From positions 816,859 through 880,858 of the forward strand of contig NW_003314307.1 of NCBI RefSeq assembly GCF_000143415.4: a stretch of DNA of 64,000 nucleotides, read 5' to 3'. The notes beneath the pieces were generated by a model. That model searched no databases. It was not told where the DNA came from and worked only from the letters and a program-made list of their open reading frames with translations. Made by a program: the position numbers and the translations under genes. The number at the start of each line of letters is the position of its first letter. The first letter of the stretch is position 1. This DNA is from Selaginella moellendorffii. Lineage: Eukaryota > Plantae > Lycopodiophyta. Below are positions 1-12,067 of this stretch, piece after piece.

Positions 1-277
1 TTAATCTCACAATCACGAAATGCTCTAGGTACAAATATTTCAAAAAGAGAAAATAATTTTAATTTGATAGCAACTCCTTTTTAGGCTCAATCTTAATGTA
101 ATAAATGAAACTTTTTTACTTGTTTTTCAAACCTTTGGAAACTTAGCACTCATTGAATGCAAGTCATGGAGCTCATGGAAACATAGAGCATCAGCGTGAA
201 CAAACTATTTCCTTTTCAAAAAAGTGGGAAAAAGAAACACAAGATAAATGTCTATCCATTGTTATTTTGATGGTCTC

Positions 278-1156
278 GGGATGTACTTGATGAGTTTTCT
301 GATGTTTTTCCATTTGAACTTCCTCATGGGTTACCTCCATTACGAGGTGTGGAGCATGGGATTACATTGGAGCTGGGGACGCGGCCAATTTACCGGCGTC
401 CATTTCGGTTAAGTTATGCGGTTTACTTGGAGAAGGTTTTTCCTGATTTTGGTTTGTCGGAGGACATCATTAGTGATCGAGATTCAAAGTTCACTAGTGG
501 ATTTTGGAAAAGTTTTGCAAAGGCTATACAAGTGACTTTGAAACTCTCGAGTGGAGATCATCCTCAGACGGATGGACAAACTGAGCATGTGAATCAGGCG
601 GTGAAGGATATGCTACGTTGTAGCATTGGTCAAAGGCAAGGACAGTGGGATTTATATCTTCCGTTGGTGCAATTTGCTTACAAAAATAGCCAACACAGTA
701 GAACCAAGCTAAGTCCTTACTTTGCCATGTTTGGAAAGCATCCTCGAACAACAGTGGAGTTGGGATTGCATTTGAGTAAGGACGTTCAAGATAAGCTTGA
801 TTCCGAGGCAATTGATCTAGCCACAGAACTTGATGAGATTTTGGTGGTGTGTAAATGGAATTTGCAAGTAGCTCAGGAGCTTGAGCAAGATTCCCTAGAA
901 AGGGTGATCACCGGCACAACTCGTCCTTGGGACAAGGACTTTGTTGGGGGGGAAGAATTGTTAGGCGTCAGCTTTGACTACATGGTCAACGTCGGTTAAA
1001 GGGAGGCTCAAAGGTATATTAAGGCATGTTAGGGTAAGGGACTTAACCTACCCTAGAGCTCACAGTGGAGCTTTTGAGGAACCTCAAGAGGTGGCGTAGC
1101 ATAGTCTAGGGCAACTAGATCTTTGTCTTTGCACCGGATCATAACATTGGTATTAG
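278..1156 (+). mobile_element. Ty3/gypsy (chromovirus-like) fragment: deleted pol (RT N-terminus fused to integrase core), PPT, one LTR, start of PBS
   Basis: Frame of ORF 349-999 (open from ~280) reads DVFP..LP.GLPPLRGVEHGITLELGTRPIYRRPFRLS, then IISDRDSKFTSGFW..SSGDHPQTDGQTE..WDLYLPLVQFAY.N..H..TKLSPY. PPT GGGGGGGAAGAA lies just before LTR 959-1146 (TGTTA...TAACA), followed by TGGTATTAGA (iMet-type PBS). The insert interrupts the unit sequence GATGGTCTC|ACGGTGCAAC, which is intact at ~32876-32892. Confidence 0.88.
959..1146 (+). repeat. LTR (188 bp) of the chromovirus-like fragment
   Basis: 5-bp inverted termini TGTTA/TAACA; PPT immediately 5' and PBS immediately 3'. Confidence 0.8.
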
Positions 1157-1246
1157 ACGGTGCAACATCCATCCATAGCTCCCCCAAAGGTCAACACCAG
1201 TAAAATTGCTCAAAACACCTGGAACGATCCAATAATTGAACATATT

Positions 1247-1319
1247 TGGAGATGCTGGGTATCGATCTCGGTGCCTCTTGCATGCTAAGTGAGCACTCTA
1301 CCATTTGAGCTACATCCCC
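1247..1319 (-). pseudogene. tRNA-Ala(AGC), degenerate full-length copy
   Basis: Reverse complement GGGGATGTAGCTCAAATGGTAGAGTGCTCACTTAGCATGCAAGAGGCACCGAGATCGATACCCAGCATCTCCA (73 nt); mismatches in the anticodon and T stems. Confidence 0.85.
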
Positions 1320-2215
1320 TTAGCAAAGAAACAAAAATGCTAATCTTTTCTCTTCACCATTCTAATACTCATTCTTGGAGATTCTGGCATCTTTTGTTGC
1401 ATTTCAAGAGCCTTTTGAGTGATGAGCTTTGGAAAGACCACCATCTCCAGTAGGTTTCTATAGGCAAGCATCTGCATCTGCAGGCAACCATGAAGAATGT
1501 TACTAATGCTTATAATAATAATAATAGTATTCACAAGAGGGGGACGAAAAGAGAGTGTTATTCAATAGGATGAGTAAAGCAATTGGTAAAACCAACACAA
1601 TATAAATTAATTGGTATGATCTTCAGTAGCAATCAAATTGTATAAACACTAATATTATTTGGTATTTTGGTTTGCTAGTAAACATATTTAGCTACATAAT
1701 TGTATAGCTAAAAGTCTTTTAAACTGAGTAACTTTTTTTTCTTACAAAATTTCAAAATTGGAAACATCACCTTTACATTCTTTCAAAGTTTAAATGCATT
1801 TGCTTTTGGTCTCTCATAGCCTCTGAACAAACAAATAGAGATATTGGGCACACTTGATCAATTCAAAAAAACTAATTATTAAAAGCTTACTAGGTGATGG
1901 ATTTGTTTCAAGGTGGCCTCTCTTCATTCCTTGTATTCTAAGCATGTTGCCTACCTGGATATTGCATAAAAACCAAAGTAATGCCTTTAGAACTTGTAAG
2001 TTGTAACAAGGAAATCAATGCCTTCCTATTGACCTCAAGAATGTACAACTTAATGTACTTTCAAGCGGATCTGGTAATAAAGAGAGCCAAGTCAACAAAA
2101 GGAGTCATTAAGAATATTTTAAAAATATTTTGGTACACTAAAGAATATTTTCTTAATGTTTTAGTGGCAAACAGGTATTTTAAACAAAATAGTAATTTAA
2201 ATAATATTTAGATCT

Positions 2216-5200
2216 TGTGAGGTCCAAGTGTATGGTTACGATGCCATATACTAATATTAGCATAGTAGGATTTTGGTAGCTGTTAGATTGGTTTCAATTC
2301 CGACCACTTGCTCCTGTATATAAACTAGGGTTTTTGGGCTAATTGATATGCACATTTTCTGTAAATGAGGGGCACCATTGATTGTCCCTGAGGAGTGCTC
2401 AAATTTAGGATTTTTGATTTAAATATAACTTTTGCATTGTCTAGATATAACTTTTTCCATTTCCTTTCTTTTGTTCTTTCCTTTCAAGATCTAGCTTTTT
2501 GCATTGTTTAGATCTCCCTTTCCTTTTAGCCTTTTTTCATCTCTCTTTTTTTGCTTTTTCCTTTTTGTTCATCTTTATGGCAAATTAGCAATCTCCTCCT
2601 TTTTTGACTCTGGAGCAGCAGTTGGTATAATTGTTTGATGCTATGCGATTATAATTGAACAACTAAACTCAGTTGATGGCGGCATTCATGGCACGTAGTA
2701 CAACTCCTCTTATTCTTAGTGCCAATCTTCGTGTTCAGCTAGAGTTCTTTCGCAGGAATCCTAGGGATGATGTGTACCATTGGTTCGATCACTTCACGGT
2801 GATTGGTATATATCATTCTTGGGATGATGTTTAACATTTGCATGAGTTTCCTACATATCTCCAAGGGACAGCATTGCAGTAGTACAATGGTTTGAACGCA
2901 GCTACATGGGGATTGGAATATTCTCCCAGGCATCTTTAAACACACATTTGGACATGCCGACGATTGTGATGATACTTTCCAATAATTGCATTGTTTTTGT
3001 CAAAGGCCATTTGAGTTAGTGATGCAATTTAGCATTCGTTTCTATAGCCTCTTGCTTCATGCGGAGCCAAATATGTCGAAGCGGATCAAGTTAGGAATGT
3101 TGTGGCCAGCACTTCCTCAAGATTTTGTCAGACTTATACATGCATTTGCTCCCACCACCCTTGACGATGCTCTTCGCTTGGTACAACATTATAAGACATT
3201 GCCTCTTCCACTTCTGGCTTTACATCCTTCAGCTCCACTTCCTATGTGTGATGGTCCTGTTCCAAGGGAAGTTAATGTTGCTACTGCTCAAGTCCAAGGA
3301 CAAGGGCGAGGCTATGGTCGTGATATTCGTTGTTAGGTGTGTGATGAAATTGGTCATACTTATCGGCGTTGTTGGTGTTTTCCAAATTGGTGGCCACCAT
3401 TTCCTGAGTGGACACCTTGGCATAAACAACATCTTGTTGATGCTGATGTAGTGGAAGTTTTAGACACTAAGATGCATCTGGGAAACAAGGAGTCACGCGA
3501 ATAATGAAGGGACCTTACATAAATAAGTTAATGACCCTTTATATTTTTTTCGGAAGTATCGTCAATGGGTTCACTCAACACCAGTTCATCTAGTGTTTAC
3601 TTTCTAAGCTTATTTTTATAACAAGCAATCTCCTATTATTTTCTCTATGTTGGTTGATATAGGTTTGAGTTTATCTTCTATTGCTTAACCTGTTGCCACA
3701 TATTGCCATCTACACTTGTGTCGTGCAGTGGAGCCAATTTTCATTGTTTATGGCAATGACCGTACATATGCATATGCATGGGATGAAGCAAACTTAGTTG
3801 TGCATGTGGGCGATCTCGAGCTTGGGTTGCAATCATTGTGGGTGGTGCCAAGTCAAGCTTTTAACTTCATCCTTAGTATAGATTGGTTGCAACGCAATTA
3901 TACCAAGTATGACTTTAACACTTTTTCCCTTTGTCTCATATTTCTTTATATTTCATCCATTCCTCTCACTTCTGTACTCTTCGTCCCTCTACTTCTACCT
4001 CTACTTCCATTTCTTTTATCCCCGCACTACTTCCTCCTATGTTTCCATTTTGTTATACTCTTCTCTTTTTCGATCCCTCCGACAATCTTTGTGTTGCAGC
4101 AGTTGACCGGCTCATGAAAGAGTATTTTAATCTATTTGAATTTGACCTATTGTCTAGGGCCAAGATTGCCACATGTCATCTAATTCCAACCAAGAATGCT
4201 CGTCCAATTAAGGTTCCTGTTTGTCATCGATCACCCAAAGAGATCAAGATTTTTACCTACAAACATCAAGGAGATGTTGGAGAAGGGTGTTATTTGGATG
4301 TCGTGGAGTCCTTGGGCATGTGAACCTCATCTTGTGATGAAGCCTGATGGGAGTATTTGTTTTTACATTGACTATTATCCATTAAACGAAGTGACAATCC
4401 CGGATGTGTACCCTTTTCCTTACACGGCTGATCTCTTGGATTGTCTGGGGCAAAGTTGTTAGTTCACCAAGTTAAATCTTGCTTCTGGTTATTGGCAAAT
4501 ATTGATGGCCAAAGAAGATATTCCTAAGACCGCTTTTTGTACACCGTTTGGTTTGTACGAGTTCTTGGTGATGCCATTTGGTTTGAACAATGCTCTTGCA
4601 ACTTTTCAATGGATGATGGACGAGGTTCTTTGCGATATGTTGGAGATAACTACTGACTTCATTAATGATATCTTGATCCACTCAGAGGGGACATGGGAGG
4701 AGCACTTTCATGATGTTTGTAAAGTGTTGGATCAGTTATGGGATGTTAGTTTAAGTTGAAGCGATTGAAGTGCATTTTTGAGTCCAAAGACACGACTTAT
4801 CTTGTGTACTATATTTCTCGTGAGGGTTTGCAAGTTGATCATGGCAAATTTGTGGCTATTCTAAAGTTCCTTACTCTAAAGTGTGTGAATGATATATAGC
4901 GCTTCCTAGGCAAGGTGCAATATCCCGGTCGTTTTGTGGATCATTTTTCTACACCGTTGCAAATATTGCTGAAGTCATCAATGTCATATTTCATCTAGTC
5001 TTCAGATTGTGAGCAAGCATTTGTGGATCTCAAAGAGATATTGACAACTCCTCTGGTTTTGGCATATCCTAACTACACTCGACCTTTTATTTTGCATGTG
5101 GATATTTTTGATATTAGTCTTAGAAGTGTATTGATGCAAAAAAGCCTGAGTGTGCCTGGTCAGTGCCATCCCATTGTATATATAAGCCGTACATAGCAGC

Positions 5201-6815
5201 ACCATCCCATTGTATATATAAACTGTACATTACAACTGACGGAGGTGAACTACTCCACGATAAAGAAAGAGTGTTTAGCAGCAGTCTAGGGTTTCGAGAA
5301 ACTTCATGCATATCTACATGGTTCTTGGATGTTACTTGAAGGTGATCATGCTACTGTTACTTCATTATTGAAGTAGAAAAACCTGGTTGATCATACTGCT
5401 CGGTGGGCTTTAAAGCTTCAGATGTTTGATTTTGATGTTATTCATCACCTAAGGAGTTATATGGCTAATGTTGATGCCTTTTCTTGAGCTCTTCTTCCTT
5501 CTTCTCTTTCTTCTCATATTTCTAACAAGCTTGTTGTTCCAGCATCTGTGAATTTTCTAGACGAGGATTCTGTGCCGTCGGCAGTTGCTATACTTGACAT
5601 TCAGTATCCACAAAGTGTAGAACAAGATTTACCTTCTCTTGATGAGGTTCGCGAGGCTCAAAAAGATTCAAATGCTTTGAGATGGGTTTGAGAATCTTGC
5701 ATCACTTGCTGATAACTTGCCATTCTGGCATTTACATTCTCAATATCACCTTGAAGACAGCCTTCTTTATTTTATAGGGACAGATCCTGATGATCCTTTA
5801 TGGCTAGTGGTGCCTTTTATCTTTATTTTACAATTTCTCCATGCCTACCATAATTCTCTTATTCTAGACGAGCATATGGGATATCATTGTGTGATTGAAA
5901 AGCTGCACAAGTCTTTCTATTGGCCAAAGATGCAACGTGATGTTATCCAGTATATATGTAGTTACATTTGGTGCTAAGCTCATAAGACGTTCAAAGGGAT
6001 GATCACAAAGTACGTGAACTTTCAGCATTCAAATTGAGATGGTTATTTGCCGTCTCTTTGGTATGCATATGTCACAGGGGTGCAAAATTTTGTTGTTGCT
6101 TCACCATATAAACTTCTATGTGGTCATGATCTAATATTACCAACAGAGCTGAGTTTACCTTCACAATTGTCATGAGCTACCGATACTAGGTTGTGGGATC
6201 AGTATTTGATGAGCATTCTTCCACTTGTTCGAGTAGAGTTTACCAAACACTTAGGCCGTGTACAAGTGGGACAACAATAATGCTACAAGTCCCATCATTG
6301 TCCGCCTGTGGAGTACAAAGTGGATGATATAGTGTTAGTCTGTTTTCCCCATCTTACAGTATGTGGTTTATCTAAAGGGCTCCTTGCTCAGTGAAAAGGA
6401 TTATATTGAGTATTGCAGCAAGTTGGACCATAAGTTTATGAGGTTTGGCATGACATCCAATAGGCCGATCCTCAAAAAATTGTACATGTGTAACGGTTGA
6501 AACACTTTGTATTAAAGGATTAGAAATAGTTAATACCACATATAAATCCGCCAATGCCTCCTCCTAACATTCTTCCAGATCCCAGCCCATCTACAAAAGA
6601 ACCCTAATGGTCTTCCATTATTCTGAGAGGAGGGGATGATGTGAGGTCTAAGTCCAAGTGTATGGCTACGATGCTGTATATTAATATTAGCATAGTGGGA
6701 TTTTAGTAGCCGTTGGATTAGTTTCAATCCGGACCACTTGCTCCTATATATAAATTAGGGTATTTGGGCTAATGCATATTTTTTGTATTCTCTTTCCATA
6801 TTCTATGCACTTACA
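2216..6815 (+). mobile_element. Ty3/gypsy LTR retrotransposon, defective copy 1
   Basis: 5' LTR from TG at 2216 (its 3' end and the PBS start are deleted ~2365); 3' LTR 6640-6815 after PPT GAGAGGAGGGGA. gag with CCHC remnant; protease LVDIG; RT ([43 protein letters not shown]); RNase H; integrase (HMG..FYWPKM, part of core deleted). Many stops and frameshifts; no chromodomain seen. Confidence 0.95.
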
Positions 6816-7490
6816 GAGGTTTTTATTTCTGACCTAATTTAAATAATAAATTCACTATATTTAGTATTACTAAATATTTAATTATTACTATAAAATCCTA
6901 ATTTATATATTAATCTTTCTTTATAAAAAAATCAAATTCAAATACAATACCGATAACTAGTTCTTTTCCAATGTCTTTGATTCCTCTAACCATGCATTTG
7001 TAATGCTAAGGAATATTAATTTCTTGAGAAAAGTGAGATTGTTATTATAGTTGTAAAGTGTTCATTTCAAATTTAAAGCCTGTTTCAATGAAAGCATAAG
7101 ACTTCAAATTCATCAATTTCACCCAAATAACCAAATATATAGTTTATTTTTTGGTTTTTGGATAATTGACATTGCACAGACCATGTGTGTAGAACTTTCG
7201 TAGGACATAACTATATGAATTGATCACATTGTTCTGGAGGATTGCCATATTGTTTTCATCTAAAAAAAAAATCAGCTAGAGTGTGTAAAGTTCATATAAT
7301 AATTTGCTTACCACTTAATATTCCTCCAATCTAAATAAAATATTTGACCGTAGAACTTGCTCTAGGTTGACATATAGCTCACTAAATCTTATGAATATTT
7401 TGTTCTTTGACTTAGAAGTAGTTAAACTTTTAATTGCTCAAAAGTATTAGTCTTTTATGTTCTATAGTTACATGCTCATGTTTGGGATGG

Positions 7491-8894
7491 TGTCGCGAAT
7501 GTGACTTTAGGTATCGAAAGTTACTTGTCGACTAGTCCTTACAGACACTTTTACCTTACTGCTATGATGGCAAGAGGTCGGTATTGCTAGACCCTTTATT
7601 AGTCCCTCTTGTGCTAGTGGAGTTAACTGGGCATTTCGAGTGTACTTAGAGCGGACAAGCATAAGGACGGAATTCCTACGTGTTATTAGCTAAGTATACT
7701 TAGCCCGGTAAGGAGTTCCCGTCTCGTTTTGTTTTGCACTTGCTAGTGACAAGAACCCTCGTGTATTGAGATTAATCCCTCAATATCGCTACATGATAGC
7801 TTACCGTGTCTGCTAAACACCCTCGCTATCATGCCCTTTGTGTTAGTCTCATTTCGGTCCCAAATGCTATTTATGAAAAGTGTCTAGATTTGCTCATTTG
7901 GCATATCTACAGAATGTAGAAATTGTCCTTAACACAATGGTGTTCGTCCCGTATCCAAATTCGCAATCTAAGGACATTCCATATTTAGTAAATTTCGAGC
8001 TTGTCCCAGAGACTAACTCCTGATACTAAGGGAGGCTTAGGGTGAAAGCCCAAAGCGTGTGTTCCTCAAGGGGGGGGGGGGGGGGGGGGGGTTTTTTGGG
8101 GGTCCCCAAATTTTAAAAAGAAAAAGGGGGGGGTTGGGCATGGCCGACCAACCTGAGGCATAGGCTAACTTTCGCTTGCATGCCTGTCCTTGTTCTGTGT
8201 CCGGCTTGGGTCTAAGCCCAAGTTCCATTCCATGCTAGTTGGTGGAGTACCCATATCCTCGTGCTAGACCACCGGTATGCCAAAATAGTGCTAGACTCTG
8301 TTTGGCTCCGTTTTGCGTGCTGGTCCTGGCATTGGGATGCTGGTTGCTCCAGGACTGTTCCAAATCGCTCCGGGCTCCTGTCCCTTCGCTCCTTGAGCTT
8401 TATGCTTAGGAGTTGCTCCATGGTTCAGTTCCGTCACTCCTTGGCTCCATGTTTGGGAGTTTGGCACCGTTCCTTCGTTTAAGGCCCAAGGCCCTAAACC
8501 TCAGATTCCTATGGACACATGGCATGGACATGTGGCATATGATACGTGGCACATAAAGGGTTTAGGTTCCGCTTCGTGGTGTTATCCTATGGTAAATCAC
8601 CATAGGATAAAGGGTCAAAACCACATGCGCTACATTTAGTATCGGAGCATTGTCCACCATTGACGGGAACTCCTTACCGGGCTAAGTATGCTTAACTAAT
8701 AACACGTAGGAATTTTGTCCTTATGCTCGTCTGGTCTAAGTACACTCGAAATGCCCAATTAACTCCACTAGCACAAGAGGGACTGATAAAGGGTCCAGCA
8801 ATACCGACTTCCTGCCATTGTGGCAGTAAGGTAAGAGTGTCCGTAAGGACTAGTCGACAGGTAACTTTCGATACCCGAAGTCACATTCGCGACA
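7491..8894. mobile_element. 1404-bp non-coding element with 233-bp terminal inverted repeats (TG...CA) and 5-bp TSD GATGG
   Basis: 7491-7723 is the reverse complement of 8662-8894 (about 20 mismatches by eye). GATGG at 7486-7490 and 8895-8899. Empty site TTTGGGATGGTACAACTTTCTCG at ~39963-39985. Confidence 0.9.
8070..8091 (+). repeat. Poly-G run (22 G)
   Basis: Seen directly; could be a PPT-like tract or a low-quality read segment. Confidence 0.8.
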
Positions 8895-8902
8895 GATGGT
8901 AC

Positions 8903-9024
8903 TGGGTAGAGAGTTGAATCATTTTGCTCCCCAATTCGGAATAATGGCCAGTATCCATACATACGTCGTGGTCAGGAATGACTTGTCTGAGTGGAACTGA
9001 TCCAATCGCGTGACCGGGGAAAAG
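8903..9024 (+). other. 122-bp filler insert with a retroelement integrase-like scrap
   Basis: Absent from paralogous B blocks (GGTAC|AACTTT). One frame reads HTYVVVRNDLSEW, resembling gypsy integrase Y.VV.RDDLS.W. Confidence 0.5.
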
Positions 9025-10229
9025 AACTTTCTCGATTGATTGAGCTTACTTACTCATTGTTTTCTTTTGAGAGTTTTAAGGTTCTCAATTGGTTTTATTG
9101 TAAATTAAATTCCAATAGCATTTACTTTGTGAGGTTGTGACCAAGAGGTTGTGTCAATGTTATAATAAATAAATATTCCACTAAATCTTTAAAATGATAT
9201 ATATTTTATTATAACTTAGCCTTTTATATAAGAGTGCATAAAGGTCTATTGTAAGATAGAGATGACTAAATCATTCTAGAAAGTTTTATATTAAAATATA
9301 CATTTAGAGCAACTTTTTCCAATAGTGGGTAGTAATTATTTTAAAACTCATTTAATAAAGAAAGAGAATTAATAAAGAAATCAATGTTAATAGTTCTTTA
9401 TCTGAGAAATAATTAAAGTCTTTAAATGTAGAAAACAACTAAACCCCCATATTAGCTAAGTCTGTAGTTCTAAACTTATATTCCCTATAAACATTACCTT
9501 CAACCCACTAAAATGTATTAACTTGTTTAAATCCTTTAAAGTGTTCAAACTTTTTAAACTCTAGTACAATCAATTGTGCTTATTATGGTATTCACCTCGA
9601 ATGCATTTCTTTATATGTCATGTAACTCTACTCTTGATAGAGAAGGCAACTCCTCTTTCAGATAATTAAAATTTTATTTTTGGAACCATTATACATAATT
9701 CTAATGCCTCCTCAATTTTTTTATGCTTCATTACTCATGAAATTGTAAAGCATTTGTGGTGTTGAAAATTTTATTCCAACATGGTATGCGTTGTTCAAAA
9801 AAGAACTTAAAATAGCATTTCTCTTAAATAACTATTACCATCAAGGATTATGCTCTATATAAAAGGATTTTCTAATAAAGAGAACATAAATAAAGGAGTT
9901 CACAAAAATATTTTTATACACTAAAGACTATTTTATTAAGTTTTTAGCTTTAATATTTTTATTAAACAGGTATTTTAAAAATAGTAATTTAAGTATCTAA
10001 TATTTATGGGCAATACTTGCTATTTGATAGAGGCTTTGCATTATCACCTAATTTAGAGAAAAAATATAATTTTAATATCTAAAAATTAGTACTTATACTA
10101 ATTAATAAAGTTATATATCTATATTATGATTTCATTACATTTTTAGTGTAATTATAAGAAGTGCTCTATATTTTTTTCAATGTCATTTATATATACAATT
10201 TATTTTAATTTCAAATACAATCTCAATAT

Positions 10230-10505
10230 CTTTTTTTTACACCTCATATTCAGATGTTATAATGAATCCAAAGTTTAACACTTGGATCCATCCTATGCAA
10301 AGGATAAAATACTCTAGAATTTTAACATTTAAAGAATTATGTGTAATTGCAACTTTGTTGTAAAGCATTCTATTTAGTGTCACTTCCATAAATGAGAATC
10401 ATATACTCGTGATGATGGTATTGCTGCTTAATGTTGATCTTTTACTTTTAATTATAATGCCTTTGAGTATGTTGTTTTTGCTTCCTTTGACCAAGTATTT
10501 GTAAT
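10230..10505 (-). pseudogene. Second, more decayed copy of the SWIM-encoding 3' end of the MULE-like ORF (B block)
   Basis: Homologous to 14400-14730 and 16250-16545; part of the finger is deleted. Confidence 0.5.
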
Positions 10506-11049
10506 CTCATATATTTGTTGTTTCTCGTCTACTAATATGAAATCAAGAAAGATTTAAAGAACTTGAATTGTAATTATAAAGTTTGTATATATGTACAGGG
10601 CATGGTTGAAAGAAGAATATAACATCTAATCTACAATAAAACCTTGGACAAAATTAAGTCCCATATACACTAATGAAAAAAGTTCTATATACTAATGTAA
10701 ATACGTGTGTGAATAGGCTTGTACAGATTTAAAGTGACCAAACACTATAAATCTATAATTGGTTTGCTTAAGCAAACCTGCAGCAGTATTGACTATATTT
10801 AAATATGCTTGGAGATTCTAGGATATTTTAATAGCTAATAGTTGTTCATTTAGATTAATATTTTTATTTATATTCCTAAACACCTTCTAGCATATTCTTG
10901 TTTTTTCTACTATTGATATGGAATAATATTAATCTTGACTTATAAATTATAAATATGTTTATAACCATTGATCAATTAAAATACTCATACTACTGAAGAG
11001 ATAAGTTGTCTCTCATATTTTTTATCCTTCACCATGGTGTGCCAGCTAA

Positions 11050-11630
11050 GATCTTTTCAGGTGCCATCTTTATTTGGGTTTTATGGACAGCTCCATCAAC
11101 CTTGCATCACACTCTTTCCTTGCAAAGTTTACCAACCTCTCGAGATAAACTTTTCTCTCATTGAGCAAGCATGCTGAGTAGTGGATTCCATCCAGATTTC
11201 TCTCCCGGATTTGTGAGTGGAGCCTCTTCTCTGCTAAGTCGCTGTGTGCCTTGAGCGCCACCATGAAAGTCTGAGCGTTTGGCTGCTGGCTTGCTCATAG
11301 CACTCAAGAGCAAAGGTTGTTCTCAGCATATCCCAGGAAACGATGTTTTGCTGCTCCATGCAAAGTCTCAGCGTTTGGAGGCAGGCCAGCTTCTCGTTGC
11401 ATCTGATAGAAGACGTGCATGTTCGTGTTCCAGGCAACCAACGTCGTATTTCTTTGTCCTCCTGAACACTTCTGATGGTTCCACAGTCCACGAGGCTGCT
11501 TGGGACGAACGCATACTGCTTTGTATTCACAATTTGCGAGGTAGACCAACCTATCCTGTTCTTCGTCCCATCCTGTTGAACAACCTGTGTTGCAAGCCGC
11601 AGTGTAGACTTCAACCATACTATCACAATT
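11050..11630 (-). pseudogene. PLS-class PPR gene fragment, frameshifted
   Basis: Across frames: AFV.SSLVD, TLVAWNT, VFYQMQREAGLPPNAET, QPNAQTFMVALKA..DLAEKRLHSQI. Confidence 0.7.
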
Positions 11631-11851
11631 GCACTTGCTTGATTCCCGGCTTGACTCTGGTGAAACTTATCTGGCTGCTATGCCCTGCACTGCTTCTTCT
11701 CATCGAAATTGAGATTTGAGCGCCTGCAAGAACAGAGAGCAAAAGTAGTACGTTACCTTTTCTCAAACCTTTCGTCTCAAGCAACTTCTCCGGCCTTTGG
11801 AGGTGCACTAACGTCTGCTCCCCCGTCACTCTAGAGGATAGCTCAGTCAAA

Positions 11852-12067
11852 TCAAAACTTGGTAGGTTCTTGCTCTATTTTCCAGTCCATGTTCCGAGCC
11901 AGCTGTGCAATAACTTCCAAGTCTGGTAGTTGACCCTCGTATGTGATCTTCACTGTCCGTGAGCAAGAGCCTGCTGTCTTCTTGCTCTGCAACTTCATCT
12001 CCTTGAAGATTGTTTGTACACAATCTTCCATGTGACAACGCATGCACTGTGCTGAGTTACGCGTCAC
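11852..12067 (-). other. HMA-like (heavy-metal-associated) domain fragment overlapping the His-rich ORF stop
   Basis: CMRCHMEDCVQTIFKEMK...SRTVKITYEGQLPDLEVIAQLARNMDWKIE resembles the HMA pattern, but Cys spacing is Cx4C rather than CxxC. Confidence 0.4.

Larger units (their letters stand above)
6960..9780 (-). pseudogene. Decayed Mutator-like (MULE) transposase, subtype B, interrupted by inserts at 7491-9024
   Basis: Homologous to 20030-21310, 39440-40740 and 54020-55320. Minus-strand motifs FMSNEA*KN..GIRI, RSCLL(H/Y), H..LC, FI(W/*)LCP, ETGFKFE. Confidence 0.65.

Noticed and set aside
7930-7956. Possible LTR end and PBS (AACACA-ATGGTGTTCGTCCCG) inside the inverted-end element
   Set aside because: No convincing complementarity to a tRNA 3' end that I can identify.
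8070-8140. G-quadruplex or regulatory role for the poly-G tract
   Set aside because: The homopolymer-rich sequence after the run looks like low-quality read-through; it cannot be interpreted.
9025-10900. AT-rich blocks as endogenous giant-virus or organellar DNA
   Set aside because: No viral or organellar motifs recognised; MULE/SWIM motifs explain them.
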